Below are positions 25,487-35,221 of a DNA stretch of 64,000 nucleotides, one piece after another. Origin of the DNA: Patescibacteria group bacterium (lineage in GTDB: Bacteria; Patescibacteriota; WWE3; JAUXAW01; JAYEID01); contig JAYEID010000013.1 of the NCBI GenBank assembly GCA_034659915.1, positions 74,917 through 138,916 of the forward strand. Direction: 5' to 3'. The position numbers and the translations under genes were made by a program. The stretch's first letter is position 1; each line of letters starts with the position of its first letter. Under the pieces are notes generated by a model that saw nothing but the letters and a program-made list of their open reading frames with translations, was not told the origin of the DNA and searched no databases.

Positions 25487-26659
25487 TTAAGATTGGTCTT
25501 CGGGTTTTGGTTGAGGTTCTTTTGTTGCTTTTGGTTTCTTACTACTGGAAAGTAACTTGCCTGTTGCAAAGCCTAAGACAAATCCGAGAATCAAAGCGCC
25601 AACACCAACTCCAATAAGGAGGATTTTATTTACACCTTCAGTTATTGTAGCTAAGAAACCCGCTGCTTCTTTCGTAGCAATATCTCTTGCGTCTATTCCT
25701 GAATTTGTGTCTCTTTGTGTAGTGTCCAATTCAGTTGGAAGCTCATCTTCCTCAAAATACTCTCGCGCCTCAGAAAGAGGTAGTATTGAAGTTTCTAGAT
25801 CATAAGCTAAGACACCCTCATCTTTTTGTGAGCCATAATCTATTTCCAAATAATATGTGTCTGACTTTTCAGCCAAGAAGGGAGCAGTTACAACCGCACC
25901 TTGGTTGGGCCACCCATGTCTTTCTAATTCCTTACGAGAAGAGTCGTAAAAAACTATAGCATCAAAGCTTGCGTTGCTTGGTGGTGTTATTGTTACAACT
26001 AGAACTTGTCCTCTGTTTACATCCACACTGTAAAAGTCAGCATCATCTGTACCACTCCCACGTCCTACTAGGTATCCTGTGTAGGTACCTTCTGTTAGGG
26101 GCACAGCTTTTTCAAAAGAATTACCAGCGTCAGATTCTGCTCCTCCGTCAAAATAGCTAACCTTTTCTATTTCTAAGCTGTAAGAGGAAAGATCTCCGTC
26201 GCGGCTTACTTCAATTACAATATAGTATTCATAGATAGTTTTTTCTGTTCCGGGAAGCCACGAGACTTCAAGATCACTAGGTTCACTTGCGTGCTGCGAT
26301 TCTCGTGCAAGCTCACTTCGGTCTGCATCATAGAGTATTAATGAGGCACCAGTATCTCCTTCAAAATTCCCAGTTGCAGTCACTTGTTCTCCCGGGCGGA
26401 AGCCAGAAACTTTAAAATATTTCTTTTCGCCTGAGGGAACACTTGCGCCAGATTCATAGGAACCTGTATCAAGTTCTTCTGCATTTTCAAAACTATCGCC
26501 TCCGCTTATTACTGTTGTCTGTTCAGCATTAGTTGTGGTTGAAAATCTACTAGTATCTTCTTGGGCTAAAGCGGGATTGAAAACTGAATATAAAGGGAGG
26601 AGAAGGAGAGGGCTCAATAGGGTTAAAATAATCTTTTGGCAGGTTTTTGCTCTATTCAT
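25487..26659 (-). CDS. C-terminally membrane-anchored protein with two pre-peptidase C-terminal (PPC)-type domains
   Basis: Signal peptide; two tandem copies of the pattern (D/K)xY(F/S)xVxxxxGQxLxVT...xILYDxxxxELxR...xTYYLEI; C-terminal TM ILLIGVGVGALILGFVLGF plus lysine-rich tail. Confidence 0.55.
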   Translation of the reverse strand: MNRAKTCQKIILTLLSPLLLLPLYSVFNPALAQEDTSRFSTTTNAEQTTVISGGDSFENAEELDTGSYESGASVPSGEKKYFKVSGFRPGEQVTATGNFEGDTGASLILYDADRSELARESQHASEPSDLEVSWLPGTEKTIYEYYIVIEVSRDGDLSSYSLEIEKVSYFDGGAESDAGNSFEKAVPLTEGTYTGYLVGRGSGTDDADFYSVDVNRGQVLVVTITPPSNASFDAIVFYDSSRKELERHGWPNQGAVVTAPFLAEKSDTYYLEIDYGSQKDEGVLAYDLETSILPLSEAREYFEEDELPTELDTTQRDTNSGIDARDIATKEAAGFLATITEGVNKILLIGVGVGALILGFVLGFATGKLLSSSKKPKATKEPQPKPEDQS

Positions 26660-26773
26660 AAGTAATCTGTACTTTCAAGCTACCAAGATCAAAAATACGT
26701 GTCAAGGACATTGGAGAGAAACTGCTTTACATAGAAGTGTCTTTATGGCTAAATAAATTTGGAAGAAAACTTT

Positions 26774-27406
26774 ATGGATGCTAGAAACACATTACTCCAA
26801 CATTTTATAGTTGCTGTCTTTACTTTAGGGCTGGCTTTTGTATTTAACCAGGTTTTTGGTATTCGCTGGTCCACTTCTTTTGCGCGTGTTTCTTTTATTT
26901 TACTGTTCTTGACATTACTTATTGGTCCTGTAATGAAGTTGCGGAAGCCTAGGGTAGTTTCAACTCCTTTAAAGCTACCCTGGAGTTGGCGAAGCGAGTT
27001 GGGGATTTGGTTTACTATTGCTTCTTTGATTCATGTCTATTTTGTAATGGGTGGGCGACCGAATTGGGATTTGATGAAAGCTTTGGGAGGCGGAATTGGT
27101 GGGGGCGGCTATGGTTTTGCCAATCTTATTGGTTTAGTTGGGTTGGTTTGGGCACTTGTTCTTACTGCTACTTCTTTTGGGAAGGTAATTAAGTGGTTGG
27201 GAGTTGAGTCTTGGCGCTGGCTTCACTCTTTTACTTATGTAATATTTTATTTAGTAACAGCACACTCACTTTATTTTCAGTTCTTCTCAACTTATGGTGG
27301 TGGGCCAGATGCGTTTGGATACATGTACCTTGTAATGTTTTGTGTAATAACAGTTTTGCAACTAGCTGCTTTTGTAAAGATTGTTTTGGGGCAAGAAAGA
27401 AGCTAA
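26774..27406 (+). CDS. integral membrane protein, possibly ferric-reductase-like/MsrQ-type heme-binding TM domain
   Basis: Six predicted TM helices with conserved His in LIHVYF and LHSFTYVIFYLVTAHSLYF; ATG 26774 (ORF track opens at TTG 26759). Confidence 0.35.
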   Translation: MDARNTLLQHFIVAVFTLGLAFVFNQVFGIRWSTSFARVSFILLFLTLLIGPVMKLRKPRVVSTPLKLPWSWRSELGIWFTIASLIHVYFVMGGRPNWDLMKALGGGIGGGGYGFANLIGLVGLVWALVLTATSFGKVIKWLGVESWRWLHSFTYVIFYLVTAHSLYFQFFSTYGGGPDAFGYMYLVMFCVITVLQLAAFVKIVLGQERS

Positions 27407-27530
27407 AATATTTTTTACAACCTTCCTGCTATTCTCTCTTCTTTACTACAACCCCGTCTACTTTGGTACAGTTCTAGTATTATTTAAAAATTTTGTTTGA
27501 ATTTGGCTTTGATGAAGTGGGGAATTGGTT

Positions 27531-27566
27531 GGCACGCTGAGCGTGCCTAAACCACGCTTAGCGTGG
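27531..27566 (-). terminator. two tandem related hairpins in the tRNA-Gln 3' trailer
   Basis: GGCACGC-TGA-GCGTGCC (27531-27547) and CCACGC-TTA-GCGTGG (27552-27566); the second includes the encoded CCA of the tRNA. Confidence 0.35.
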
Positions 27567-27637
27567 TTGCCGGGCTAGGATTCGAACCTAGATTTTCGGG
27601 ACCAAAACCCGACGTCCTACCATTAGACGACCCGGCA
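27564..27637 (-). tRNA. tRNA-Gln (anticodon TTG)
   Basis: Reverse complement folds as acceptor TGCCGGG/CCCGGCA, D-arm GTCT-AATGGTA-GGAC, anticodon stem TCGGG/CCCGA with loop TTTTGGT, T-arm CTAGG-TTCGAAT-CCTAG, discriminator A, CCA encoded. Confidence 0.85.
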
Positions 27638-27741
27638 TGGAAGTATAGGTTTATTATATCAAAAACTTATGTTGAAAGCGAGAACTGAATGTTAATTTTA
27701 TATTTTGTTAACTACCCAGTGTGTTATTCTTGGGATTAAGA

Positions 27742-28413
27742 ATGGATTATTTTTATCTAGTTGGAATATTGCTAGCTTTACCCTTTTGGGTTTTTCTTTT
27801 TATTAGAAAAGAGCACCGAAAAGAAATATTGATAATGGGGTTAATTTTTGGTGTTGCTGCCGTGGTTATTGAACATGCCTATGCTAAATGGGATTACTGG
27901 CACCCAGTTTATATTTTTCCTAAAGTGCCGTTTGAAGATTTTTTATACGGTGTTGTGTATGGTGGTATTAGTTCTGAATTGTATGAGATATTTTGGAAAG
28001 TAAAAGATTCAGAATTCCCAAGACATGAAACATACAAAGAGTTTTTTCTTTTAGGTATATTGCTGGTAGCAGGAACTTTTTGGTTACTTGTAGATACATT
28101 GGCACTAAATTCTATAACCGCGCACATTGTTCCTCCAATTATAGTTGGTATAATTGTAGGCTCCTTGAGAAAGGAGTTGGTTAAGTTCCAGCTTTTTAAT
28201 GGGGTTGTGATTGCTCTGCTAACTTTTGGGGTGTTTAAGCTTTTATTTTTAATTTACCCTGGGATGATAGAAAAATATTGGATGCTGGAGAACTTAAGCG
28301 GTGTTTTTGTACTGCAAGTGCCAGTTGAAGAACTTCTTTTCGCTTTCGCAGTAGGTTTTGGAGCAAGCTGTTTTTATGAGCTAGCTTTTGGGTATGCGTT
28401 GGTTAAAAAATAG
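27742..28413 (+). CDS. integral membrane protein (lycopene-cyclase-domain-like)
   Basis: About 224 aa, seven hydrophobic helices, two roughly 100-aa halves; MDYFYLVGILLALPFWVFLF start; family call tentative. Confidence 0.35.
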   Translation: MDYFYLVGILLALPFWVFLFIRKEHRKEILIMGLIFGVAAVVIEHAYAKWDYWHPVYIFPKVPFEDFLYGVVYGGISSELYEIFWKVKDSEFPRHETYKEFFLLGILLVAGTFWLLVDTLALNSITAHIVPPIIVGIIVGSLRKELVKFQLFNGVVIALLTFGVFKLLFLIYPGMIEKYWMLENLSGVFVLQVPVEELLFAFAVGFGASCFYELAFGYALVKK

Positions 28414-28468
28414 TTTTTTAATCCTTTTGGTAATTGACATTAACTTCCAAGTTCTCTATCATTGAGTT

Positions 28469-28972
28469 ATGGCAGAAGAAAGAGATTCTGCGCAACAACC
28501 GCAGAAGTCAGATCAAAAAGAAGGATCCTCCTCTTCCAGCTTACGGGCTAATAAAAAATTTCGGCTTGGTGTTATTGCAATACTTTTGATTATTGTAGCT
28601 GTTCTCTTCTTTGTTTGGGAAAAGGCACGGATTATCTTGGTAGTAGCTTTTGTAACTCTACTTGCAGCTTTTGGGCTTGAAGCTACTGAACACGATTGGG
28701 ATTTGGGGAAGTTAATAGAAACTGGTTCTTTCCAAGAATCAAAAGTTGCTCGAGACGCGTCGGGAAATATCCTATTTGACAAGGAAGGCAACATAACAAC
28801 CGATTCCTCTGTAGGAAAACCTGCCGATGATTACAACTGCTCAGACTTTGAAACCCAACAGGAAGCACAAAGGTTTTTTGAGAGGCTTGGTGGAACAGAA
28901 AATGATGTCCACCGCCTTGATGGAGATAATGATGGTATTGCCTGTGAAGCTCTTCCAAGTGAGCGAGACTAA
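28469..28972 (+). CDS. membrane-anchored Excalibur calcium-binding domain protein
   Basis: N-terminal TM; C-terminal [22 protein letters not shown]...[11 protein letters not shown] matches the Excalibur DxDxDGxxCE motif. Confidence 0.65.
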   Translation: MAEERDSAQQPQKSDQKEGSSSSSLRANKKFRLGVIAILLIIVAVLFFVWEKARIILVVAFVTLLAAFGLEATEHDWDLGKLIETGSFQESKVARDASGNILFDKEGNITTDSSVGKPADDYNCSDFETQQEAQRFFERLGGTENDVHRLDGDNDGIACEALPSERD

Positions 28973-29049
28973 ACTTTCTTTTCCCAACTCCAAATAGCTT
29001 CTGGCCGTTTGTTGACTTATTTTTATGTGTTTTGTACCATTAACAGCGT

Positions 29050-29733
29050 ATGTTTGCTAATTTTACACAAGCAGTTTTAGAGTGGGTTCAAAATTACCGC
29101 GCCTTTGGCGTGTTTTTAGGTGGTTTTGCAGAAGCAATAATTGTGCCCATTCCCTCTCCTCTTATTACCATGTCTGCGGGATTTCTTTTAGTTCCTGAAA
29201 GAATTCTTATTCAGGCGTTGCCGCAACTTTTTGCTAAAATTGCTGTACCCTACGCAGTGGGTGCAACATTGGGTAACCTAACAGTTTACTGGCCTACTTA
29301 TTATGCAGGTAAATTTTTTGTAGATAAGTTTTCTAAGTTTTTGGATTTTTCTTGGCGGGATGTGCAGCTTATTAAGTTGAAATTTGATGAGGGTACTTGG
29401 GATGAAAAAATTATTGTTATTCTTCGTGCAGTACCTCTTTTTCCTGTGTCTTTAATTACGGCAGTAGGTGGTGCCTTGCGATTAGAATGGAAAAAGTTTT
29501 TTCTTTTAAGCTGTTTAGGCTTGGTGCCGCGTGGTTTTATTTTAGCTATTGTGGGTTGGTGGTCGAAGGATACTTATATGTCTTTAGCTGAAGGTTTGGA
29601 TAGAGTAGAAACTTATGTTTCTCTGGGTTTTTTAGTTCTAACTTGGGTTGTTTTTTACGTTCTGTATCGCAACAGAGAACGTTGGCTAATTGGTAATTCA
29701 GATCCTTCCAAACTAGAAGACCTCGACAGTTAG
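29050..29733 (+). CDS. DedA/SNARE-associated family membrane protein
   Basis: 227 aa; GGFAEAIIVPIPSPLITMSAGFL and later re-entrant hydrophobic segments typical of DedA/TVP38. Confidence 0.5.
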   Translation: MFANFTQAVLEWVQNYRAFGVFLGGFAEAIIVPIPSPLITMSAGFLLVPERILIQALPQLFAKIAVPYAVGATLGNLTVYWPTYYAGKFFVDKFSKFLDFSWRDVQLIKLKFDEGTWDEKIIVILRAVPLFPVSLITAVGGALRLEWKKFFLLSCLGLVPRGFILAIVGWWSKDTYMSLAEGLDRVETYVSLGFLVLTWVVFYVLYRNRERWLIGNSDPSKLEDLDS

Positions 29734-29783
29734 ATTTAGTTGTCCTTTGTGAGCTTTTAGTTTTTTTCTCGTTAAATAATAAA

Positions 29784-30782
29784 GTGAAAGATAAAAGAAT
29801 TGTTTGCATTGGGGGAGGTACAGGTAGCCTTGTTGTCCTCTCTGGTCTAAAGGAATATACTAACCCCTCAGCAATTGTTTCCATGGCAGATAGTGGGGGT
29901 AGTGCTAAGAAGGAACGCGACGAGTGGGGGCTTTTGCCTGTTTCGGATGTGAGGAAAGCGCTTCTTGCTTTGGCGGAAGTTGATGATGAGCGCTCGCGGG
30001 TTTTGCGCGAACTTTTTAACTACCGGTTTGCAAATGGAGTGGGTTTGTCGGGAATGACTTTTGGCAATTTACTACTAGTTGCTCTTACCAATGTTCTTAA
30101 TTCGCAATCCGATGCAATTCAAGAGGCATCCCGCCTTCTTAACATCAAGGGTGATATTTACCCGGTTACGTATGAGCAAACTAATTTGGTAGTAACTTAT
30201 TCAGATGGGACAGAAATTGTGGGGGAACATGTACTAGATCAATTTTTGGAAAGGTACCCTGAAAAAGAGAACGTGCGGGTAGAAAACTTTTATCTTTTGC
30301 CTTCTGCAGAAGCTAATCCACGTGCGTTAGAAGTGATTGAGAGTGCAGATCTTATTGTTTTTCCACCTGGTGACTTATATGGGAGTATTCTTGCCAATTT
30401 GGCAGTTGGTGGTATACCTGAGGCAGTTTGCAGATCGGGTGCAAAGAAAATATACATAATGAATTTGGTAACAAAATTTGGTCAGACCAATAGTTTCAAA
30501 GCCTCGGGTCATGTGATGGAGCTCGAAGAATGTTTAGGTTGCTCTTTGGATTATATCTTGGTCAATGATGCGCCAATGCCCAAGGGTGTGCTTGAGCGTT
30601 ACAGGGAGGAAAAGTCCTTTCCGGTGGTCGATAATTTAGGGGAGGACAGACGGGTTATTCGAGGTGATTTTTTGGCTGAAGAGCTACCACGGAAACAGGA
30701 GGGTGATAAGTTAAAGAGAAGCTTTGTTCGCCACGATCCGGCTAAACTTGCCAAGACACTGAGTGATTTGGGATCCTCGTAA
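29784..30782 (+). CDS. YvcK/CofD-family gluconeogenesis factor (UPF0052)
   Basis: GTG start; RIVCIGGGTGSLVVLSGLK N-terminal Rossmann-like motif, VSMADSGGS, NLLLVALT, IVFPPGDLYGSILANL blocks. Confidence 0.7.
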   Translation: MKDKRIVCIGGGTGSLVVLSGLKEYTNPSAIVSMADSGGSAKKERDEWGLLPVSDVRKALLALAEVDDERSRVLRELFNYRFANGVGLSGMTFGNLLLVALTNVLNSQSDAIQEASRLLNIKGDIYPVTYEQTNLVVTYSDGTEIVGEHVLDQFLERYPEKENVRVENFYLLPSAEANPRALEVIESADLIVFPPGDLYGSILANLAVGGIPEAVCRSGAKKIYIMNLVTKFGQTNSFKASGHVMELEECLGCSLDYILVNDAPMPKGVLERYREEKSFPVVDNLGEDRRVIRGDFLAEELPRKQEGDKLKRSFVRHDPAKLAKTLSDLGSS

Positions 30783-31159
30783 GCTATTTTCTTTAATATT
30801 TCTGTGATAAAATTTCGTTATGAGTATTTCTTGTGCAGATTTGCAGGAAGAAACAAAGAAAATTTACGAGCGCAATGGGTGGGAGACTAATTCAACATTG
30901 CTCACTGTGGCTATGGGGGAGGAGTTGGGTGAACTTTGGTGTTTCTCTACGGACTCAGGGCTCAATCTTTTGTCCTTCGACTCCATCCCCCGACCTGTTG
31001 GGAGACGTCGCTCAGGACCAAAGAAATTCTAGAGCTCATTTTATTCGCTAAGTAGCCCCGAACCAGAATTCCGGCAGACTGGAATACGGTTTAGGGCTTA
31101 ATTCCGACCATCTAAATTCTCGGAAGAATTTAGGGTCTCATTAAGGGAGGTGATAAATT

Positions 31160-31681
31160 ATGGCATTTGAAAAAGATTTTAGAAAGCATCCATCCCAACG
31201 AGTGGGAGTTTTTGTAGATGTTCAAAATATGTATTACTCAGCAAAAAACCTTTTTGATGGTGCGAAGGTAGATTTTGGGCAGGTCCTTTCTGCTGCTGTT
31301 TCTGGGCGCCAACTAATTCGGGCAATGGCTTATGTAATTCGTGCTGATGTAGGAGAAGAAGAAGCTTTTTACGAGGCACTTCAAAAACAAGGTTACGAAG
31401 TTATGGCTAAGGAATTGCAGGTTTTTGCTGGTGGTGCAAAAAAAGGTGATTGGGATGTAGGATTGGCAATTGATGCTATTCGTGCTGCTGACAAGTTGGA
31501 TACTATTGTGTTAGTTGGTGGTGATGGCGACTTTGCTCCTTTGGTAGATTATTTGCAAAACAATAAAGGCTGTCGTGTGGAAGTGGTTGCGTTTGAAAAG
31601 ACTTGTTCCAGTAAGTTAATTGAGGAGGCGGATGACTTTTTGGATTTGGGTAGTGATAAAGAGCGGTTTTTGATAGAGTAA
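31160..31681 (+). CDS. NYN/LabA-like (PIN-fold) domain protein
   Basis: VGVFVDVQNMYYSAK, IVLVGGDGDFAPLVDYLQNNKGCRVEVVAF; strong SD AAGGGAGGTGA. Confidence 0.65.
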   Translation: MAFEKDFRKHPSQRVGVFVDVQNMYYSAKNLFDGAKVDFGQVLSAAVSGRQLIRAMAYVIRADVGEEEAFYEALQKQGYEVMAKELQVFAGGAKKGDWDVGLAIDAIRAADKLDTIVLVGGDGDFAPLVDYLQNNKGCRVEVVAFEKTCSSKLIEEADDFLDLGSDKERFLIE

Positions 31682-31881
31682 CGGATTTAAGATATGTTTT
31701 CGCTTCAAGCATTTATTCTTATCCATTACGTGCTATAAAATCCCAAAATTCAAATTACGAGTTCCAAAGGAATATAAAATTCTGAATTGCAATTTTTAGA
31801 TTTAAATATGGTTGTAATTTGGTAATTGGTGTTTGTGATTTGTTTGTATCTTGGTATTTGGGATTTGGTGCTTAAGTTATA

Positions 31882-33774
31882 ATGCGCAAACTTTTAGTAG
31901 GCTTTTGTATTGCAATTGTTTCAGTTTTAATTTTCCCCTCTAACCTTTTCGCTAAGGATTATTCTATTGGTGCAGTCGATATAAATGTTGATATTTACCA
32001 AGACCGTTCTTTTGAGATAACTGAATCCCGTGTATATAACTTTGACGGGAGCTTTTCTTGGGCAGATTTGTGGATCCCAACTAGGGTCACTCGCAACGGG
32101 AACAGTTATGACGTTTCTATTTCTAACTTTGAAGTTCGGGATGAGACTGGAAATTTGCTTGAAACAGAGACAAGTCAAAGAGAGGGTAAATTTTATGCTA
32201 AGTGGTTTTATTCTGCCCAAAATGAGAACAAAACTTTTATCTGGACCTACCATGTAGAAGGTGATGCAATTAAGAAATATGAGGATATTGCAGAGTTTTA
32301 TTGGCGGGTAGTTGGGGATGAATGGGAAAAATCAGCTGGACCTGTGTCTGTTCTTGTTCGGTTGCCTTCGGGGGCAGAGGAAGAAGAAATTCAAGTTTAT
32401 GGTCATTTGCCAACAGATGCGCTCTTAGATATTGGTGGTCCCAAGAAAACTGACTCAGAAATTATTGACTCGCAAACTGTTCGGTTTACTGTTCCTAGGC
32501 TGCCTGCAGAAACCTATTTGGAGGTGCGAGTTCTCTTTCCCCCACAGCTTGTTTCTGGTCCAATCTCGGGAAAAAAATCTTTGGAAGAAATAAAAGTAGA
32601 GGAGAAGCAATTTGTAGAACAAACAGTTGCTACTTCTAAAAGAAGGCAGCTGGTTGCTAAGGCAGTTCTGGGGTATGTGTTTATTGTTATTCCTCTTTCT
32701 ATTATTGTTTGGCTTTACTTTTATTGGCAGGCTTGGAAAAGGAAGGGCAGAGAGTACCAGTTTCCAGATATTCCCAAATATGTGCGGGAGTTACCTTCGG
32801 AGTTACCGCCAGCTATGGTTGATGTTCTTTTGAGGCAGGGCGGCAAGCCCAGTACTGATGCTTTTGTAGCTACTATTTTTGACTTAGCGCGAAGAGGGTA
32901 TATCTCTTTGAAAGATGAAACAGAGATAAAAGCCGGTCTTCTACAAACTAGAAAAAAGATAAAGACAAATCTGATCCGCCAAGAAAAGGACATTAACGAG
33001 CTACGTGACTTTGAACAGATGATTTTAGAAATTCTTTTTAAGACTATTCCTGAGGGAAAGGATGGTAGCTTGTTTGGTGTTGTTGGTGCTGCTTTGGGTC
33101 AGGGTCAGGGTGAAGATCAAGCTGAATCTTCGTCGGAAGATGTTATACAGTTTGGCGATGTTGAAAGCTATATTAAAAATCACCAGCAGAGTTTCCGCAG
33201 GTGGTTTGAGCAGTGGCAAAAGGAGGTTGTGAATGAGGCAGAGGTTGGCGGTTATTTGGAAAAAGAGGGGAAAGAGCTTGCTAAGAAATTTTGGGTTATG
33301 TCAGCTTTGCTTTTATTTTTTGGTTCTCCAGTTATTCTTTTGGGAATTTTTCTTATTCCTAATCTCAAGCGGTGGAAAAAGGAGTGGGCAAGGGAAGCAG
33401 CGGAGTGGGTAGCTTTTCGTAAATTTTTGGATGACTTTTCTAGTTTTGAAGAGATTCCTCCCGAAGCTTATAAACTGTGGGAGTATTATTTGGTTTACGG
33501 TGTTCTTTTTGGGAATGCTGAGGCGATTTTGAATGCTTTGCCCGTGATTTTTGAAAACCCCCGCGCTGCGCAGCCTACTTGGTACTTAACAACTTCTGGT
33601 GGAAAAATTTCGGGAGCATCTCTTTCTTCAATTTCTTCTATGACTAATAGTATTGCCAATTTAAACTCTTCAATGCGTTCTGTTTCAGCCTCTTCTATGT
33701 CCTCTGGTAGTGGGGGTGGTTTTTCTGGTGGTGGGGGAGGGGGTGGTGGGGGTGGTGGAGGCGGTGCTGGCTAA
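31882..33774 (+). CDS. DUF2207-like membrane protein with C-terminal poly-Gly tail
   Basis: Signal peptide, roughly 230-aa extracytoplasmic beta domain, TM helices at about 260 and 470, C-terminal SGSGGGFSGGGGGGGGGGGGGAG as seen in DUF2207 proteins. Confidence 0.5.
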   Translation: MRKLLVGFCIAIVSVLIFPSNLFAKDYSIGAVDINVDIYQDRSFEITESRVYNFDGSFSWADLWIPTRVTRNGNSYDVSISNFEVRDETGNLLETETSQREGKFYAKWFYSAQNENKTFIWTYHVEGDAIKKYEDIAEFYWRVVGDEWEKSAGPVSVLVRLPSGAEEEEIQVYGHLPTDALLDIGGPKKTDSEIIDSQTVRFTVPRLPAETYLEVRVLFPPQLVSGPISGKKSLEEIKVEEKQFVEQTVATSKRRQLVAKAVLGYVFIVIPLSIIVWLYFYWQAWKRKGREYQFPDIPKYVRELPSELPPAMVDVLLRQGGKPSTDAFVATIFDLARRGYISLKDETEIKAGLLQTRKKIKTNLIRQEKDINELRDFEQMILEILFKTIPEGKDGSLFGVVGAALGQGQGEDQAESSSEDVIQFGDVESYIKNHQQSFRRWFEQWQKEVVNEAEVGGYLEKEGKELAKKFWVMSALLLFFGSPVILLGIFLIPNLKRWKKEWAREAAEWVAFRKFLDDFSSFEEIPPEAYKLWEYYLVYGVLFGNAEAILNALPVIFENPRAAQPTWYLTTSGGKISGASLSSISSMTNSIANLNSSMRSVSASSMSSGSGGGFSGGGGGGGGGGGGGAG

Positions 33775-35138
33775 TTACTAGATACCTCAATAAAACTTCC
33801 ACTAAGGATTTTTGCGCTTGGACCCATTTGCTTCTTGTCTAAGAGAACGGTGCTTTTTGCAGGGCGGTTGGTAGCTTTTAAGTAATCTTTTATAGTTGAT
33901 CCCTCAGCTACAGGAACTACTCCTAGTTCTTTATCAATAACATATATATCTGGCTTTAAAACTTTTTCTGCAAGCTCACCCAAAAATTGCTCACTTTCTT
34001 CTTTCATAAAGTTTTCTTGCCATTCAATAAGTTTCTGTGTCCAGTACCGAATTTTTTCTACTTTTTCAGAATCTGTTTGTGCATGGGTTAGATGGATTGC
34101 TAAGCCAAAATCTGCACGTTGGTGCATGTTCTTGTCTCGAATTTGTATCTCAAAAATGGAGCCTGAGTTTTTGTCAAAAACGCGGGTATGCAAAGCTTCG
34201 TAACCGTTGGGTTTTGGTTGAGCAATAAAGTTACTAATTCCCACATGAGGTACGGGTTTGTAGTTTTCGTGAATAATTCCCAAAGCAGTGTAGCAATCTC
34301 TTTTTTTGGGAACTACTACACAGGTTATTACTAAGTCGTATACTTCGTCTAAATTTTTATTAATTTCTTTGCGGTGAAGTTTAGCAAATAGACTGTACCA
34401 ATTTTTTCTGCGAGTTTCAGTTTTAATAAGTTTTAGCGGTTCTTTTTTAAAAATATGCTCTAATTCAAAGTTTATCGCTTTAATTATCTCTTCCCTTTTA
34501 TCCATTGCTTGTTTTGCATACTCTGTTACCCATTGAAAGTCTTTTGGTCTTTGGGTTTTAAAACACAGTTCACGTAGGTCACCACTTACCTCGCTCATTC
34601 CCATCTTGTATGCTAGGGGAGCGTATACAGATCTTGTTTCTTCCGAAAGCTTGCTTTGGGCTTGTGGAGAAAGGTATTGGATAGTTTTCATATTGTGCAA
34701 TCTGTCTGCTAATTTTATAACTACTACCCGAAGATCTTTAGACATGGCTAAAAACATTTTCCTCAGGTTATTGGCGAACTTTTCTTTCTTATTTCTATGA
34801 AAATCAACCTCGCTTACTTTTGTTACACCATCTACCAGGTTAGTGATTTGGGATCCAAACTCCTTCCTGATATTACTGAGGGTAAGGGGTGTATCTTCCA
34901 CTACGTCATGAAGCAACCCTGCGCAAATGCTTTCGGTGTCTTGTTCCCATTTATTAAGGTTTTTTGCTGTTTCAAGAGGGTGAATAAAGTAAGGTTCGCC
35001 AGATTTTCTTAAGTCGCCCTGGTGTGCTTTCTGCGAAAAATCTAAAGCCTTTTTTATTTTTCGCAAATTAGGGTTTTGGGGGTTGTTTTTTAGTTCTTTT
35101 AGAAAAATGTTTCTTGCAGTGTCGAGATTATATTCCAT
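33771..35138 (-). CDS. short bifunctional-type RelA/SpoT homologue (HD hydrolase + synthetase + TGS)
   Basis: HD block HPLETAKNL...AGLLHDVVEDT, synthetase block YKPVPHVGISNFIAQPKPNGYEALHTRVF...EIQIRDKNMHQRADFG, TGS-like C-terminus; 455 aa, no ACT domain. Confidence 0.75.
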   Translation of the reverse strand: MEYNLDTARNIFLKELKNNPQNPNLRKIKKALDFSQKAHQGDLRKSGEPYFIHPLETAKNLNKWEQDTESICAGLLHDVVEDTPLTLSNIRKEFGSQITNLVDGVTKVSEVDFHRNKKEKFANNLRKMFLAMSKDLRVVVIKLADRLHNMKTIQYLSPQAQSKLSEETRSVYAPLAYKMGMSEVSGDLRELCFKTQRPKDFQWVTEYAKQAMDKREEIIKAINFELEHIFKKEPLKLIKTETRRKNWYSLFAKLHRKEINKNLDEVYDLVITCVVVPKKRDCYTALGIIHENYKPVPHVGISNFIAQPKPNGYEALHTRVFDKNSGSIFEIQIRDKNMHQRADFGLAIHLTHAQTDSEKVEKIRYWTQKLIEWQENFMKEESEQFLGELAEKVLKPDIYVIDKELGVVPVAEGSTIKDYLKATNRPAKSTVLLDKKQMGPSAKILSGSFIEVSSN

Positions 35139-35221
35139 AGTTTGTGCTATTTTCTAATTCCTCCCTGTTTTTGTCAATAATTCTCTTAAATTACTAGTAA
35201 TGTTTATGGTACCATGCCTAT

